Shown here: one piece after another, positions 1-11,657 of the stretch | How the letters are laid out: the number at the start of each line of letters is the position of its first letter | Position numbering within the stretch: position 1 is the first letter of the stretch | NCBI RefSeq assembly: GCF_009914755.1 | Contig: NC_060929.1 | Source: the human T2T-CHM13v2.0 reference genome, Homo sapiens | DNA: 64,000 nt | Reading direction: 5' to 3' (one strand) | Made by a program: the position numbers and the translations under genes | Notes under the pieces: model-generated | Seen by the model: only the letters and a program-made list of their open reading frames with translations | The model's database searches: none | What the model was told of the DNA's origin: nothing

Positions 1-2066
1 ACCAGTCTGAGTGAGATATAGAGACCTTACTCTATATCTCCTTGTTTATAAATTTTTTTATAAACCATCCTTGTTTATAAATAATTTTACCCTCCTTGTT
101 TATAAATAATTTTAAGTATTTCCATGCAAATATTTAGAAGTAAATCAAGTGCTGCTAAAATTTTTGTTTCAATTATCGAACGTAATTTGTAAAATTCAAG
201 AAGAAGAAAAACCGATTGAATTTGCCCATAATTTCAAAAGCTTCCTTTTTTATTTCTGATATTCCAAGATTTCTTCTTTTATTTTCTTTTTGTTTCAAGA
301 AATTTCTTTCGTCATTATTTTAGGGTAAATCAGCTGATGAACAGTTTTTTCTTAGTTTTTCTTCATCTGTGAATGTCTAGATATACCCTTCATTCCTCAA
401 AGATTCTCACTTGGTTGTGATTCTGGGTTAATAGTTCTTTTCTTCCAGTGGCAGGAATGTTGTGCCACTTCCTTCCATAGTTTACTTTGAGAAATCTGCT
501 GTACTTTGAACCATTTTTTCACCTATGGGTAAGGTATTACTTCTCTTTCAAGACTTTAATTGTCTTTAGTTTTCAGAAACTTGACTATGATGTGTCTTTG
601 TATAAATTTGGGAAACTGTATTCCTTTGGAAATTTTATTTTGGGAAACTTTTGCTCAGCTTCTTTAACCTAAAGATTTCTGTCTTTTATCATACTTGGGA
701 AATTCTCAGCCATTATTTCTTAGAGAACTTTTTAATCTCTTTTTTCTTTCCCCTTTCTTTTTGTGACTCCACTGACATAAATGTTAGTTTTTTTTTTTAA
801 AAAAAAAAACATTGTCATACAGATCCTGAGGCTCTGATAACATTTTTTTTTCTATTTGCTCTCAGCTGTTCAAATTGGGTGGTTTCTATTATTCTATTTA
901 CAAGTTTACAATTTCTGTTTCTTCTGTGCTAGTGTCAAGTAAACTCTTTTTTTAAATTCTTGTATTTTTAGTTTTAAATTTCCACTTGGTATTTTTTTTT
1001 TTTTACATCTTCTGTTTGTTTGCTGGGATTTTCCCATTTTCTACTTTTGCTTCAAGTGTGTTCGTATGTTTCCCTGAAGCCCCTTTTGTTCATGGCTGCT
1101 TTGAATTTTTGTCAGACAATTTTAACATTTATGACACCTCTAGTTTATGGTATCGTGAGTGATTTTTAATGGAAATCATAATATTTTTATATTCTATTTT
1201 GAGACTCAGGGTCTTCTTTATACTGTTTAATTTAGCTGATATTTTCTGACACACTTCAACAGTGGAAGGATGTGGGGCTGAATGTCCAAGTTCCCAATAA
1301 CCTCCTTTGCCATCACAAGGGAGGGGTTGTTCTTCCTGCAAGCCTGGGTGGGCACTCTGGCTTCTCCTGGGGGCTCCATTGTCCCACTGGTGGGGTGGCC
1401 TCACTGCTGCTGGGCAGGTGTGAAATTCCTGATTCTCTACCAGGCCTCCCCATCCAGAAGCAAGGGGGAGGTGTGTACCTCATGACTGGTGCTTGGGGTG
1501 GAAGTTCAGGCTCCTCATGTGGTCCCCCGATCTTGGGTAGGGGGCCTGGTTACTCCCCAGTGGTGAGGAGAATCCAGCCTCCCTACTTGGCCTTCTCTGC
1601 CACTACCTGGCTGGGACGTTGGGCTGTTTCATTACAGCCTCATGAGGGTGGAAGTCTAAGTGCTCCCCTGGCCCTGGCTGCTGTGGGTTTGGTGGGGCCA
1701 TGGTTTTTAGGTGGCGTTTGGCAGGGAGTAGTGTGGATTTATCTAAAGTTTTCTGTCTTGCTAGGCTGCTCCTTTCCTGGTCTTTTGTATACAGTGAGTG
1801 CTTTTCTTGAACTGTTTTTCTGCACCTGCTGGAATCTCTGAGTTGCTAACTTTAGCATCAAGTCTGGGATTTCTGAAGCAGAAAGAAAACTCAGCTAATT
1901 CATCACCATGTCCTTCACCCTGGGTCCCAGGTTTTCCAGCCGGTCTGTCCTCTCTCCACCTTCCAGAGTCATTGTATATTTGTTTCCTATATAATGTCCA
2001 GAGTTTTTAGGTATTTTTAGAGAAAGAAATAGGAAAAATGTACTCCATCTTCCCCAACAGAAGTTC
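1..2066 (-). mobile_element. Ancient L1 (L1MC/L1M4-like), ORF1 region and 5' UTR, degenerate; runs off the window start
   Basis: 1-1260 is T-rich, as expected for antisense old L1 ORF1. A GC-richer 5' UTR-type segment follows (1260-2060) and ends in 'tactccatcttccccaacagaagttc', the reverse of an old-L1 5' terminus (AAGATGG). Subfamily recalled from memory. Confidence 0.65.
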
Positions 2067-2379
2067 TGTCATCATTCATTTTTCTCCAAAAGAATTTTTC
2101 TAAATCTTGGGGATATCAACATGTGAAAACATCAGTTTTATACTTCGAATTTGAAAGTATATGGACTGACTATGCCACTTTCATGAGACAACATTTCAGT
2201 CAGGTGTAAAAAATGTCCCTTGTTTTTAATAACCAAAGTCTCTTAAAAGCATATAGTGTTAGATGGTGATTTTTAAAAATCATTTGTAAATCATTTAAAA
2301 ATAATTTGTCAAAAATTGTCCAAATGCCACTTTAACATCAAAAAGAAATATGTACTATTCTTCTTTTGATTTTCTATTT

Positions 2380-2837
2380 ATTATTATTATTCTTTATTAT
2401 TATTATACTTGAAGTTCTGAGGTACATGTGCAGAACGTGAAGGTTTGTTACATAGGTATACATGTGTCATGGTGGTTTGCTGCACCCATCAACCCATCAT
2501 CTACATTAGGTATTTCTCCTAATGCTATCCCTCCTCTAGCCCCCCAACCCCTGGCTGGCCCTGGTGTGCAGTGTTCCTCTCCCAGCTGACAAACATATGA
2601 AAAAAAGCTCATCATCACTGGTCATTACAGAAATGCAAATCAGAACCACAATGAGATACCATCTCATGCCAGTTAGAATGGCATCATGAAAAAGTCAGGA
2701 AACAACAGATGCTGGAGAGGATGTGGAGAAATAGGAACACTTTTACACTGTTGGTAGGAGCATAAATTATTAGTTCAACCATTGTGGAAGACAGAGTGGC
2801 AATTCCTCAAAGATCTAGAACCAGAAATACCATTTGA
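2380..2837 (-). mobile_element. 5'-truncated, 5'-inverted L1PA (L1PA7/8-like) insertion
   Basis: 2380-2583 is an L1PA 3' UTR on minus (ttattatactt..ggtacatgtgcagaacgtg..). 2584-2837 is late ORF2 on plus (aaatgcaaatcagaaccacaatgagataccatctc..gaaataccatttga). Flanking TSD tttgatttt(c/g)tattt at 2365-2379 and 2833-2847. Confidence 0.9.
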
Positions 2838-3254
2838 TTTTGTATTTTAAATATCCTCCTCCCCCTTCTTCCTCTGTCTTGTACTACTAGAGCCCAAACT
2901 CCTCTATCATGTTGTTTGACACCTCCTCACAAATCCCATTTCAGAATCTTGGACGGGTTCTGGCACTAGCCTTGGTGCTTCCTTGTTGCAATAGAGGCAT
3001 GAGGGGGGAAGATGGTGTGTGAGGTCATTGTCCTGCTTGCCAGGTCACCTACAGAGATCACCGTAACTAACCAGCAGCCCTGAACCCAGGCTTCAATTAT
3101 GACCTCTCTCTGAGTCCCAGAAAACAGGGTCAATTGACAACTTGGCATGGAACAGTTGGGAATATGATCACCAGGAAATGACACATTTGCATGCATACAG
3201 TTGTCAGGAGACCTGGACATGCCTTAAGACACTGCCGATTGCCTTTTCCCATCT

Positions 3255-3360
3255 GTTCAGGCTCCATGAAAGCTGGGGTGTCTTTTGTCATATTTATGGC
3301 TGAATTTACAGACCCTGCTACCAGGTGACTATTCTGTAAATATTTGTGGAAAAAATAAAT
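3255..3360 (+). mobile_element. L2 3' end fragment
   Basis: 'ggctccatgaaagctggggtgtcttttgtc...gtaaatatttgtggaaaaaataaat' resembles the L2 3' terminus; highly diverged. Confidence 0.45.
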
Positions 3361-4736
3361 AGGCAAGCTTTTCACCTTCAAAGCCAAGGGATTCTGGAAC
3401 AATGTATTTTTCCAGAAAATTCCCTTTTAGAAAGATATGCTTTTATCCGAACAGCTCTTATGGGCATGAGAATCTGCCTACCTTGTTGAAAGCATCTTAT
3501 CATAAGACACATTCAGTCACTTGTGACCTCAGAGAGTGTCTACCAAGCAGATCTGAGACACGAAGTGAAAAACTGCAGGTCATCAGCCCAGACTTGCTGC
3601 ATCCAGTTCAAATATTTTCTAACAATAAACGCCAATGCCAAAAATATGCTCTCAAAGGGAGATGGCAATCTAGAATCCCATGAAAATAACTGGGGCGCCT
3701 CCAGAAATGTAATATTTGCCCCAAGCAAGTTCCAAGGCTACAGTAAGGGCCGTAGGTGAACCGGACTTAAAGATTCTAGATACCGGACAGATATATCTAG
3801 GAAAAAGGACATTTTCCTAGACCAAGAGTTTTTTAATATCGGAAAATAGAGAATGTGAAATTCCTGAAACTTTTAAAAGAAATAAATAGCCCTAATTCTA
3901 GGGATTATTTTATGGATGGGTGATCAGCTGGAGTCTTTTAAAGGATTCTTAGCTCCCAAATCCTACAGGACTTCACGATTCCCTAAACCATTGATTGTGG
4001 AACATCTGCAGGAACCAGAGAGCTTGCGGAGCCACCGCTCCCCTCTCCTCTCCTCAGCTGGCTAGGGTGAGTGTTCAGTAATTTGAAAAATAAATAAGCA
4101 CAACATTTCCAGGCACTCAATTTTGTGCTGACAAATATACAAATGTGAAGAACATTAGGGAGGCATCCAGCATTTTCAATAATGCATGATCCCCATCACT
4201 TAATTATTTTGAAAACATCTGTTGAAGAAAAGGATGCCCCAGAGGAGAATTAAGAAGTCACATGGATCAGTGTGTGGCCACATTTCACCCTTTGAAGAGG
4301 AGACAGGAAGCCTAAGGAATGTGGTGCTAACCCCGAGCGCCCACGGGAGCGGGAGATGGGGTGGTCAGAGACCAAACGGGCCCTGGCGTTGCCCAGCCTG
4401 GTCTGGATCAGTTTCCCCACTGGAAGAGGCACTGGGAGCCACACACGACGTGGCGGTGTTTGCACCCAGGGCTTGCATTCCCTGTAGCTTCTGCTCTTGA
4501 GCAATGTAAGGATATCAGCTGGAAGGGCTGGGGCACCTTCTGGGTATTATCCAGGATTTGAGGCTGCAGGTGACTAATCCAAGAAGCATTCAGGTGCAAG
4601 AGGAGGGTGGGAAATGGATGCTGTGTTCCCCATGGCCAGGAGGGTGGGGTGGTCAAGAAAAATCAATGCTGCGCTTCCCACAGCCACGTGGATCTTGTGT
4701 GGTTAGGGAAGCCCGGGTGTTCCCAAAAAACCATAG

Positions 4737-5084
4737 TGATGTGGTTTTGCTCTGTGTCCCCATTTAAATCTCACCTTGAATTGTAATAATCCCCACATGT
4801 CATGGGAGAGACTAGATGGAAAAAATTGAATCGTGGGAGCGTGTTTTCCCATGCTGTTCTCGTGATGGTGAGTAAGTCGGATAGTTTTATAAAGGGCAGT
4901 TCCCCTGCACATGCTCTTTTGCCTGACAGCATGTAACACGTGCCTTTGCTCCTCCTTCACCTTCCACCATGATTGTGAGGCCTCCCCAGCCATGTGGAGC
5001 TGTGTGTCTATTAAACCTCTTTCCTTTATAAATCACCCAGTCTCACGTATGTCTTTATTAGCAGCGTGAGAACAGACTAATACA
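4737..5084 (+). mobile_element. THE1-family (ERVL-MaLR) solo LTR
   Basis: Termini TGATGTGGTTT...GACTAATACA; THE1 body (catgattgtgaggcctccccagccatgtgg); perfect 5-bp TSD CATAG at 4732-4736 and 5085-5089. Confidence 0.95.
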
Positions 5085-6511
5085 CATAGTGTTCTGTTCT
5101 TACTCATGTCACAAAGAATCACACATGTGCAAGAATGGTCATGTCGTTAAAGAATGAAGATCTTCCATAACAACATTGTTCCCTGAAAGGTAGATTCCTT
5201 CATTTGTAAAGCTCCTCATAGTCCACAGATTGCTTCTATGTTCATCATCTCATTTACCTTTCAAAGCCACCCTAAGAGACAAAAATGTCGAGTGTCATGG
5301 AATATTTCGATGGTTAGAATGGAATGCTGCATTGTGCCAACATTTATCTATCAGTGATTTCGGTAAGAATTCCAGGCATGCCCAGAGAATCTCCACTCAG
5401 GGAGGTGGACAGTCTGGGTACAAACGCACGCTTTGTTCTTTCATAATCTAATTAGGAATTATCCAGTGAATTCTCCTAATTTTCCCTTGCTTCAATTTTT
5501 GAATTTATCACTAGCCATGAAAAATCAAAAGAAAAAGAAAACTTTCAGCTTATTCCTTTGGGATATTCAACTTTGGGCTACAAGTTGGAATCCACTCTGG
5601 GGGAAGGTGTGCACGGAGCCAGCCTCCCTGCACTTTTTGACCCCACCCCCACTTCCCAGTCCTGGCCGTCTAACCTTGCACGGCCTGGTATTCATTCCAG
5701 AACATTCTCTTTATGTATATGTCAGCATGTCCTTTCTGGAATGATGAATAAAAATAAATACACAAAGACACAAGAAAGAGAGAGATGGGGAGAAAGATGG
5801 AGAAGATGATGGACCAATGAAGTACTAAGTTGTGCAAAAAGAACCTTGGGAAATATTGACAGCTAATTTCACTGTGATACTTGCAGATTGTAAGCACAGT
5901 ATTGATTCTTTGCCATTTCAGCAATGTCAAAAATCTCCTGCCCCAGTGCCCTGGAGTAGACCTGAGGGCCAACTTTGCCCCTCAACCATCTCAGCCAGGT
6001 GTTTTCAAATGTGGAATTTATACTTAAGTTACACCAAACAGATGCAAACTGGTGTCATTTTTTTCCCCTTAAAGCTTCAGAAATTTCGTACCTTTTCTTG
6101 GTAACGTATTCAAATATCAAATAGCTCCTGGTACTGGAAACTTTTCCTTTTGTTATTTAATATAAATGTCTTGTTCTGATCTTGTTTCTGCTTTCTTAAG
6201 ATTCAGTGAAAGAAATATAAGTTTTAAAATTATTTGAAGGCAATGAAAGTTAATTTTTTAAAAGACTACAGTTAAATTTAATAGTCTTGTATTTTAAAAA
6301 CTACTATTTTATTTTACTCTTCATAGTATCTGCCATGTGAATGTATTTACCTGCATTAGAAAATTTGTACCCTGGGAAATATTTGTTGCCACATTACAGA
6401 CCTTATTAATTTCAATGGTTATTTTAAAATTGAGCAAATTAATAAGCTGTAATTAAGTGATAAAACAATGAAATTGCTTAAAACGTAGACTTATAAATAA
6501 TGTAATTTTCT

Positions 6512-6820
<309 letters not shown>

Positions 6821-6970
6821 CTATATTGTATGTTCTTAAAATTTCAGACTGGGGAAAGAACAATGGGAAAACAATCACAGCTGAATTTCAGCACATTCAC
6901 TGTACCAAGTCTCAAGCCAGACCTTCGGCCTGTAGAATTGTCTGTTCTTTTTAGTTTTACTCTGTTTCCG

Positions 6971-7124
6971 TTTTGTTTTTTGAGATAGGGTCTTGCTCTG
7001 TTGCCCAGGCTGGCAATGCAGTGGCACAATCATTGCTCATTGCAGCCTCGAATTCCTGGGCTCAAAAGATTCTCCCACCTCAGCAAGTAGCTGGGACTAC
7101 AGGTGTACACAACCACGCCCAGCC
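6971..7124 (-). mobile_element. Alu monomer (FRAM/FAM or AluJ right arm)
   Basis: T-rich tail, then gagatagggtcttgctctgttgcccaggctgg...tgcagcctcgaattcctgggctcaa...accacgcccagcc; one arm only. Confidence 0.85.
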
Positions 7125-7154
7125 AAAACTGTGACCTAAAGATGCATTAAGTGG

Positions 7155-7524
7155 TGCATTAGTCCATTCTCACACTGCTATGAAGAACTACCTGCAACTG
7201 GGTAATTTATGAAGAAAAGAGGTTTAATTGGCTCATGGTTCTGCAGGCTCTACAGGAAGCACAGCTAGGAAGCCTCAGGAAACTTCTAATCATGGTGGAA
7301 GGTGAAAAGGAAGCAAGCATGTCTTACCATGGTGGAGCAGGGGAGACAGGGAGTGAAAGGGGAAGTGCCACACACTTTCAAACAACCAGATCTCACGAGA
7401 ACTCACTCAGTGTCATCAGAACAGCAAGTGGGAAATCCACCCTCACGATCCAATCACCTCCCACCAGGACCTTCCTCCAATTCTACATGAGATTTGGGCA
7501 GGGACACAAATCCAAACCACATCA
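7155..7524 (-). mobile_element. MSTA-like (ERVL-MaLR) solo LTR
   Basis: tgcattagtccattctcacactgcta...gcctcaggaaactt..aatcatggtggaaggtgaa...gatttgggcagggacacaaatccaaaccacatca is the reverse of an MST LTR; no recognisable TSD. Confidence 0.9.
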
Positions 7525-8121
7525 GAGAGACAGAGTTATTTGACAAAAAAAGAAACAGGAAGATATCAGTTGTCCCAATAGAAACAAAAATTGAGTGTTG
7601 CAAGCCACTCTTAAATATCAGGGTTGACTTCTTATTCGAACCAAAAGAAAAAACACTCAAGTGTGCATGCGTGTGAGGGGATCATGTATAAAAATAAAAT
7701 AGAATGACATTAAAACGCTTATATGGTGCACTGTGTACCACGGGGTGCCACATATCACTTGAGTTTCAGTATTTAACATGATGAACATAAACTTCGTATT
7801 CAACTTATGTATAAAAATTTCCATAAAACACACATTTAAGCATTGGGAGTGTTTTTTATATATTTGAAAATTAATGTGTTATTTTCATAAATCAAGTCCA
7901 ATAAGAATTTTAAATAACTCTGTAGTTACTAACATCAAAGGAAGAACATACATTTTATTTCAAAATTCCCACCTGAAATGGTGGAGGTGGGTGCACATCA
8001 TGGCATGTCTGTAACGAGGGACTTGTGTGCATCAGGACCGAGAGCTGGGGTAGCTGCTTCCTGGGAATATCTGTCAGGAACTTGCCATTTGGTCAGAGTC
8101 AGTCATGGTTCTGCACACGGA

Positions 8122-8337
8122 ACAGTGATTGTCTACCGGGCGAGCCAGAGGCTACAGGAGGAATTATGCAAAAGTGAAATCGCGAGGATGCCAACTTCAG
8201 GGAGGAGGAGCTGGGTGCCGGGGCCTGGGACAGTGACTGTCTACTGGGAGAGCCAGAGGCTACAGGAGGAATTATGCAAAAGTGATATCGGGAGGATGCC
8301 AACTTCAGGGAGGAGAAGCTGGGTGCCGGGGCCTGGG
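8122..8337. repeat. Direct tandem duplication, 2 x 108 bp
   Basis: acagtgattgtctacc...gggcctggg (8122-8229) and acagtgactgtctact...gggcctggg (8230-8337), about 6 mismatches. Confidence 0.95.
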
Positions 8338-8628
8338 CACATGGGACATGAGGCAGAGGGGAGGCCTCCCAGGCTGAGAGACCGTGAAGATGAGGCCCCA
8401 GCCGGCCCAAGAGGCAGAGAAAGCAGCAGAAGAGATGAAATACCAGAGAAATCAGAGAGGGAAAGTGAAAAGTTCCTGTAGAAAATTTAGATATAAAAGT
8501 CTTCACTGAAGTGGCTTAATGGCAGACCAAGTTGTGGTGGGTGTCAGGGAGGAGCAGTAAGTGCCCTCAGGCCTCGCTCCCCCGAAAGACCATGAGGCGT
8601 GTGCTGGGTCCTGGGAGTTCTGAGAAGT

Positions 8629-8864
8629 TGTGTGTGCGTGTGTGCATGTGAGAGTGCGTACTTGCTGGTATGTGCATGCGTGCCTGAGTGTGTATGCACG
8701 TGTGTATGTGTGTGCATGAGTGTGCACGTGTGCGTGTGTGCATGTGTGAGTGTGCACGTGTGTACCTGTGTGTGCATGAGTGTGCACGTGTGAGTGTGCA
8801 TGCCTGTACGTGTGTGTATGTGTGTGCACGTGTGTGCATGTGTGTGTTTGTTGTTGTTGTTTGT
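8629..8864. repeat. Degenerate (TG)n/TGCA-rich alternating purine-pyrimidine tract with (TTG)n end
   Basis: Recurrent gtgtgtgcatgagtgtgcacgtgt units, then ttgttgttgttg. Confidence 0.9.
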
Positions 8865-9998
8865 TTTCTGGCAGCCCCATATAAAATCAGGGAGGAAGAA
8901 TCAGCAGAGGAATCCAGAAAAGCCACTGGGGAGAAGAGAAAGCCCCAGGGGGACCTGCAACTTCCTTCTATGTCGGCCTCGAGCCTCTAAGTGTAGACAG
9001 AATTTATTTTGTCAGAACATGATGGGAAAATGGTCCAATATATTTTTAAACCAATGTTTCTTTTGTTTTTCTGAATATACAGTCAATATGCTTCCAGTTC
9101 ATCTTATATATCTGAACAGGCTCACTTGAGTCCCCTCTTGCTCGGAGCTTTCATAAAATAAAGGAATAAAAATAAGCAGGGACTTATGAGAGAGAGAGAA
9201 CCGAAAAGGGGATGAAAACTCATCAGGCGAGTTCAGGTGATTCTGAAAGTTGAAGGAGGTTAGATACGTGGCCTGGCCTCGCGAATGTAGAGAACTGACG
9301 CCCGGCCTCAGGAAGGGAACCCACACGGGAGGTGGAGGGGCATCACCAAGCCCAGGAGAATTCAGAGCCACCGAGAAGCCCTGAAGGCCAGGACGGTGGG
9401 GAGGGCGGGAAGTGGGATGAGTCTTTGCGTTTGATGAAAAGCAGAATGCACAGACCCCTGCTCCCCCCCCACACAGATGTGCAGCTGCTCCCTTGACCCC
9501 CTCACAGGCCAGCAGGCAGGGGGGCTCAGCTGGAGGCCTCACCCGGCGGGGCTGTGGTCCCTAAGACGCCTGCACAGCTCAGGACGTGGGCAGGCATCTT
9601 CCCAAACCTGGAGCCCCATGCAGGGCCTCCCAGCCCTTTCCTCTCCAGTTCCAGCGGGTGGATGGAGCCAGGAGCCTTCTCTCAGAAAACTGTCCAGCCC
9701 CAACCTAGGACCCCTGAATTCATTAATGGTTTTCAGATTGGGATTCTTTCAGTTCCAACAATAATGTACACACATACACACACACTCACACTCACATTCT
9801 TTCAATTATTTCTAAAACATTGTCTAAGGTTTCCAACGTCAAAGTAAAATTTAAAACTTTTTTCAAACATTCAAAGTTTCAGTAAAAGATCTTGTGTGCA
9901 TTTTCCCCCAAAAGCTAATTGGCGTTGTGTTTCAAACAAGAGAATGAGGGAGGATCCCAAACACAGTCCCAGACATGGAAGAGGTGCTAGTGCCAGCA

Positions 9999-10029
9999 GG
10001 TGAAGGGTGAAGGGTGAAGGGTGAAGGGG
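9999..10029. repeat. (GGTGAAG)4 heptamer microrepeat
   Basis: ggtgaagggtgaagggtgaagggtgaagggg read directly. Confidence 0.9.
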
Positions 10030-10269
10030 AGCCCCGGGAGAGCTGCGGAGCTGGCCTTGGGGGAGCGGGATGGAGAGACTCTTCCAGCCCTTAATGAAAG
10101 GGGCCGATGTGCTTCCCTGCATCTTGAGGAATCTTCTAGCTCCAACAAAAAGTGTGGGTGCAGAGGAGTGATAGGTAAAAGAAAATTCTGAAAGCCAGGA
10201 AAAATAAAACAAAAAGAAAAATCTGTACAAAAAAAGGAAATTGTAGTCTACTTTGGACGGTGGTTGTGA

Positions 10270-10270
<1 letters not shown>

Positions 10271-10300
<30 letters not shown>
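10271..10300. repeat. (TG)15 microsatellite
   Basis: Uninterrupted TG run. Confidence 0.95.
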
Positions 10301-10307
<7 letters not shown>

Positions 10308-10476
10308 AGTGGAGTTTGAGGAATACATCCACTGAATCATCACCTTCCATAGGAGAGAGTCAGTACTCAGCTTCTAACCCTAAATAATCAGAAAGTAGCA
10401 GTATAAATGTGTTACTTAAAATACAAAATGGAATGCTAGGAAAAACATCTGAAAGAGTCAACAGTTAATTTGATTC

Positions 10477-10769
10477 TTTTTTTTTTTTAAGATGATCTCA
10501 CTCTGTTGCTCAGACTGGAGTGCAGGGTCACAGTCATGTCTCACTGTAGCCTCTAGCTCCTGGCCTCAAGCCATCGTCCAGCCTCAGCCTCTGGGCTGGG
10601 ACCACAGACATACTCCACCATGCCCAGCAAATTTATTTTTATTTTTTTATTTGTAGAGGCAGAGTCTCCCTGTGTTGTCAGGTTGGACTAGTACTCCTGG
10701 GTTCAAGCTATCCTCCCACCTCAGCCTTCTCAGTGCTTGGATTACAGGCATAAGCCACCACGCTCAGCC
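10477..10769 (-). mobile_element. AluJ-like, diverged
   Basis: Poly-T then a dimeric antisense Alu with J-type features (cactgtagcctc, caagctatcctcccacctcagcc); degenerate TSD caacagt(t/g)aatt at 10459 and 10770. Confidence 0.9.
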
Positions 10770-11105
10770 CAACAGTGAATTATTTTGCCCTGTGGATCAG
10801 GAGTTGGAGCTGGGGTGGAGGTGGGGTGGGCAGGAGATGTTTTTGCAACGTTCTCTTTGTAGTGTGAGCTGACGTTTGAGACTGTGCCCCTGCACTGATC
10901 TGATTTTCAGTCAGCAGCAGGAGGGTGGGTAGGGGCAGCTGATGGTGGGTACTGTCCCTCCCAGTTCCATCTTCACCCACAAGCCCCGAACAGCAGCCAT
11001 AGTCTGGAGTGTGGCAGGAAGCCCTGGGATCTCCTTTCTAGATGTGTTGCTCTAACAGCGACCACAAGGCGGGTGGAGGGTGGGGCTCAGGAGAGAAGTC
11101 TTTCC

Positions 11106-11657
11106 AGAGAGAAGCAGAGGGATCAGCTGGAGAGAAGCAGAGGAATCAGCTGGAGAGAAGCAGAGAGATCAGCTGGAGAGAAGCAGAGGGAACAGCTGGA
11201 GAGAAGCAGAGGAATCAGCTGGAGAGAAGCAGAGGGATCAGCTGGAGAGAAGCAGAGGGATCAGCTGGAGAGAAGCAGAGAGATCAGCTGGAGAGAAGCA
11301 GAGGGATCAGCTGGAGAGAAGCAGAGGAATCAGCTGGAGAGAAGCAGAGAGATCAGCTGGAGAGAAGCAGAGAGATCAGCTGGAGAGAAGCAGATAGATC
11401 AGCTGGAGAGAAGCAGAGGAATCAGCTGGAGAGAAGCAGAGAGATCAGCTGGAGAGAAGCAGAGGGATCAGCTGGAGAGAAGCAGAGGGATCAGCTGGAG
11501 AGAAGCAGAGAGATCAGCTGGAGAGAAGCAGAGGGATCAGCTGGAGAGAAGCAGAGAGATCAGCTGGAGAGAAGCAGAGGGATCAGCTGGAGAGAAGCAG
11601 AGAGATCAGCTGGAGAGAAGCAGAGGGATCAGCTGAAGAGAAGCAGAGGAATCAGCT
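11106..11657. repeat. Minisatellite/VNTR, 24 x 23 bp (GGAGAGAAGCAGAG[GG/GA/AG]ATCAGCT)
   Basis: Counted 24 head-to-tail units with no indels; variation is almost confined to one dinucleotide. Confidence 0.97.

Noticed and set aside
1272-1841. 189-aa ORF
   Set aside because: Lies antisense within an old L1 5' region; no recognisable protein family.
3796-3821. Perfect 10-bp hairpin tctaggaaaa/ttttcctaga
   Set aside because: About one such stem is expected by chance in 64 kb; no other support, and bacterial terminator logic does not apply.
7978-8481. 167-aa ORF with a 36-aa internal repeat
   Set aside because: The repeat simply reflects the 108-bp DNA duplication; no recognisable domain.
11106-11657. 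CRISPR-like array
   Set aside because: Units are head-to-tail with no unique spacers, there are no cas genes, and the context is primate; it is a minisatellite.
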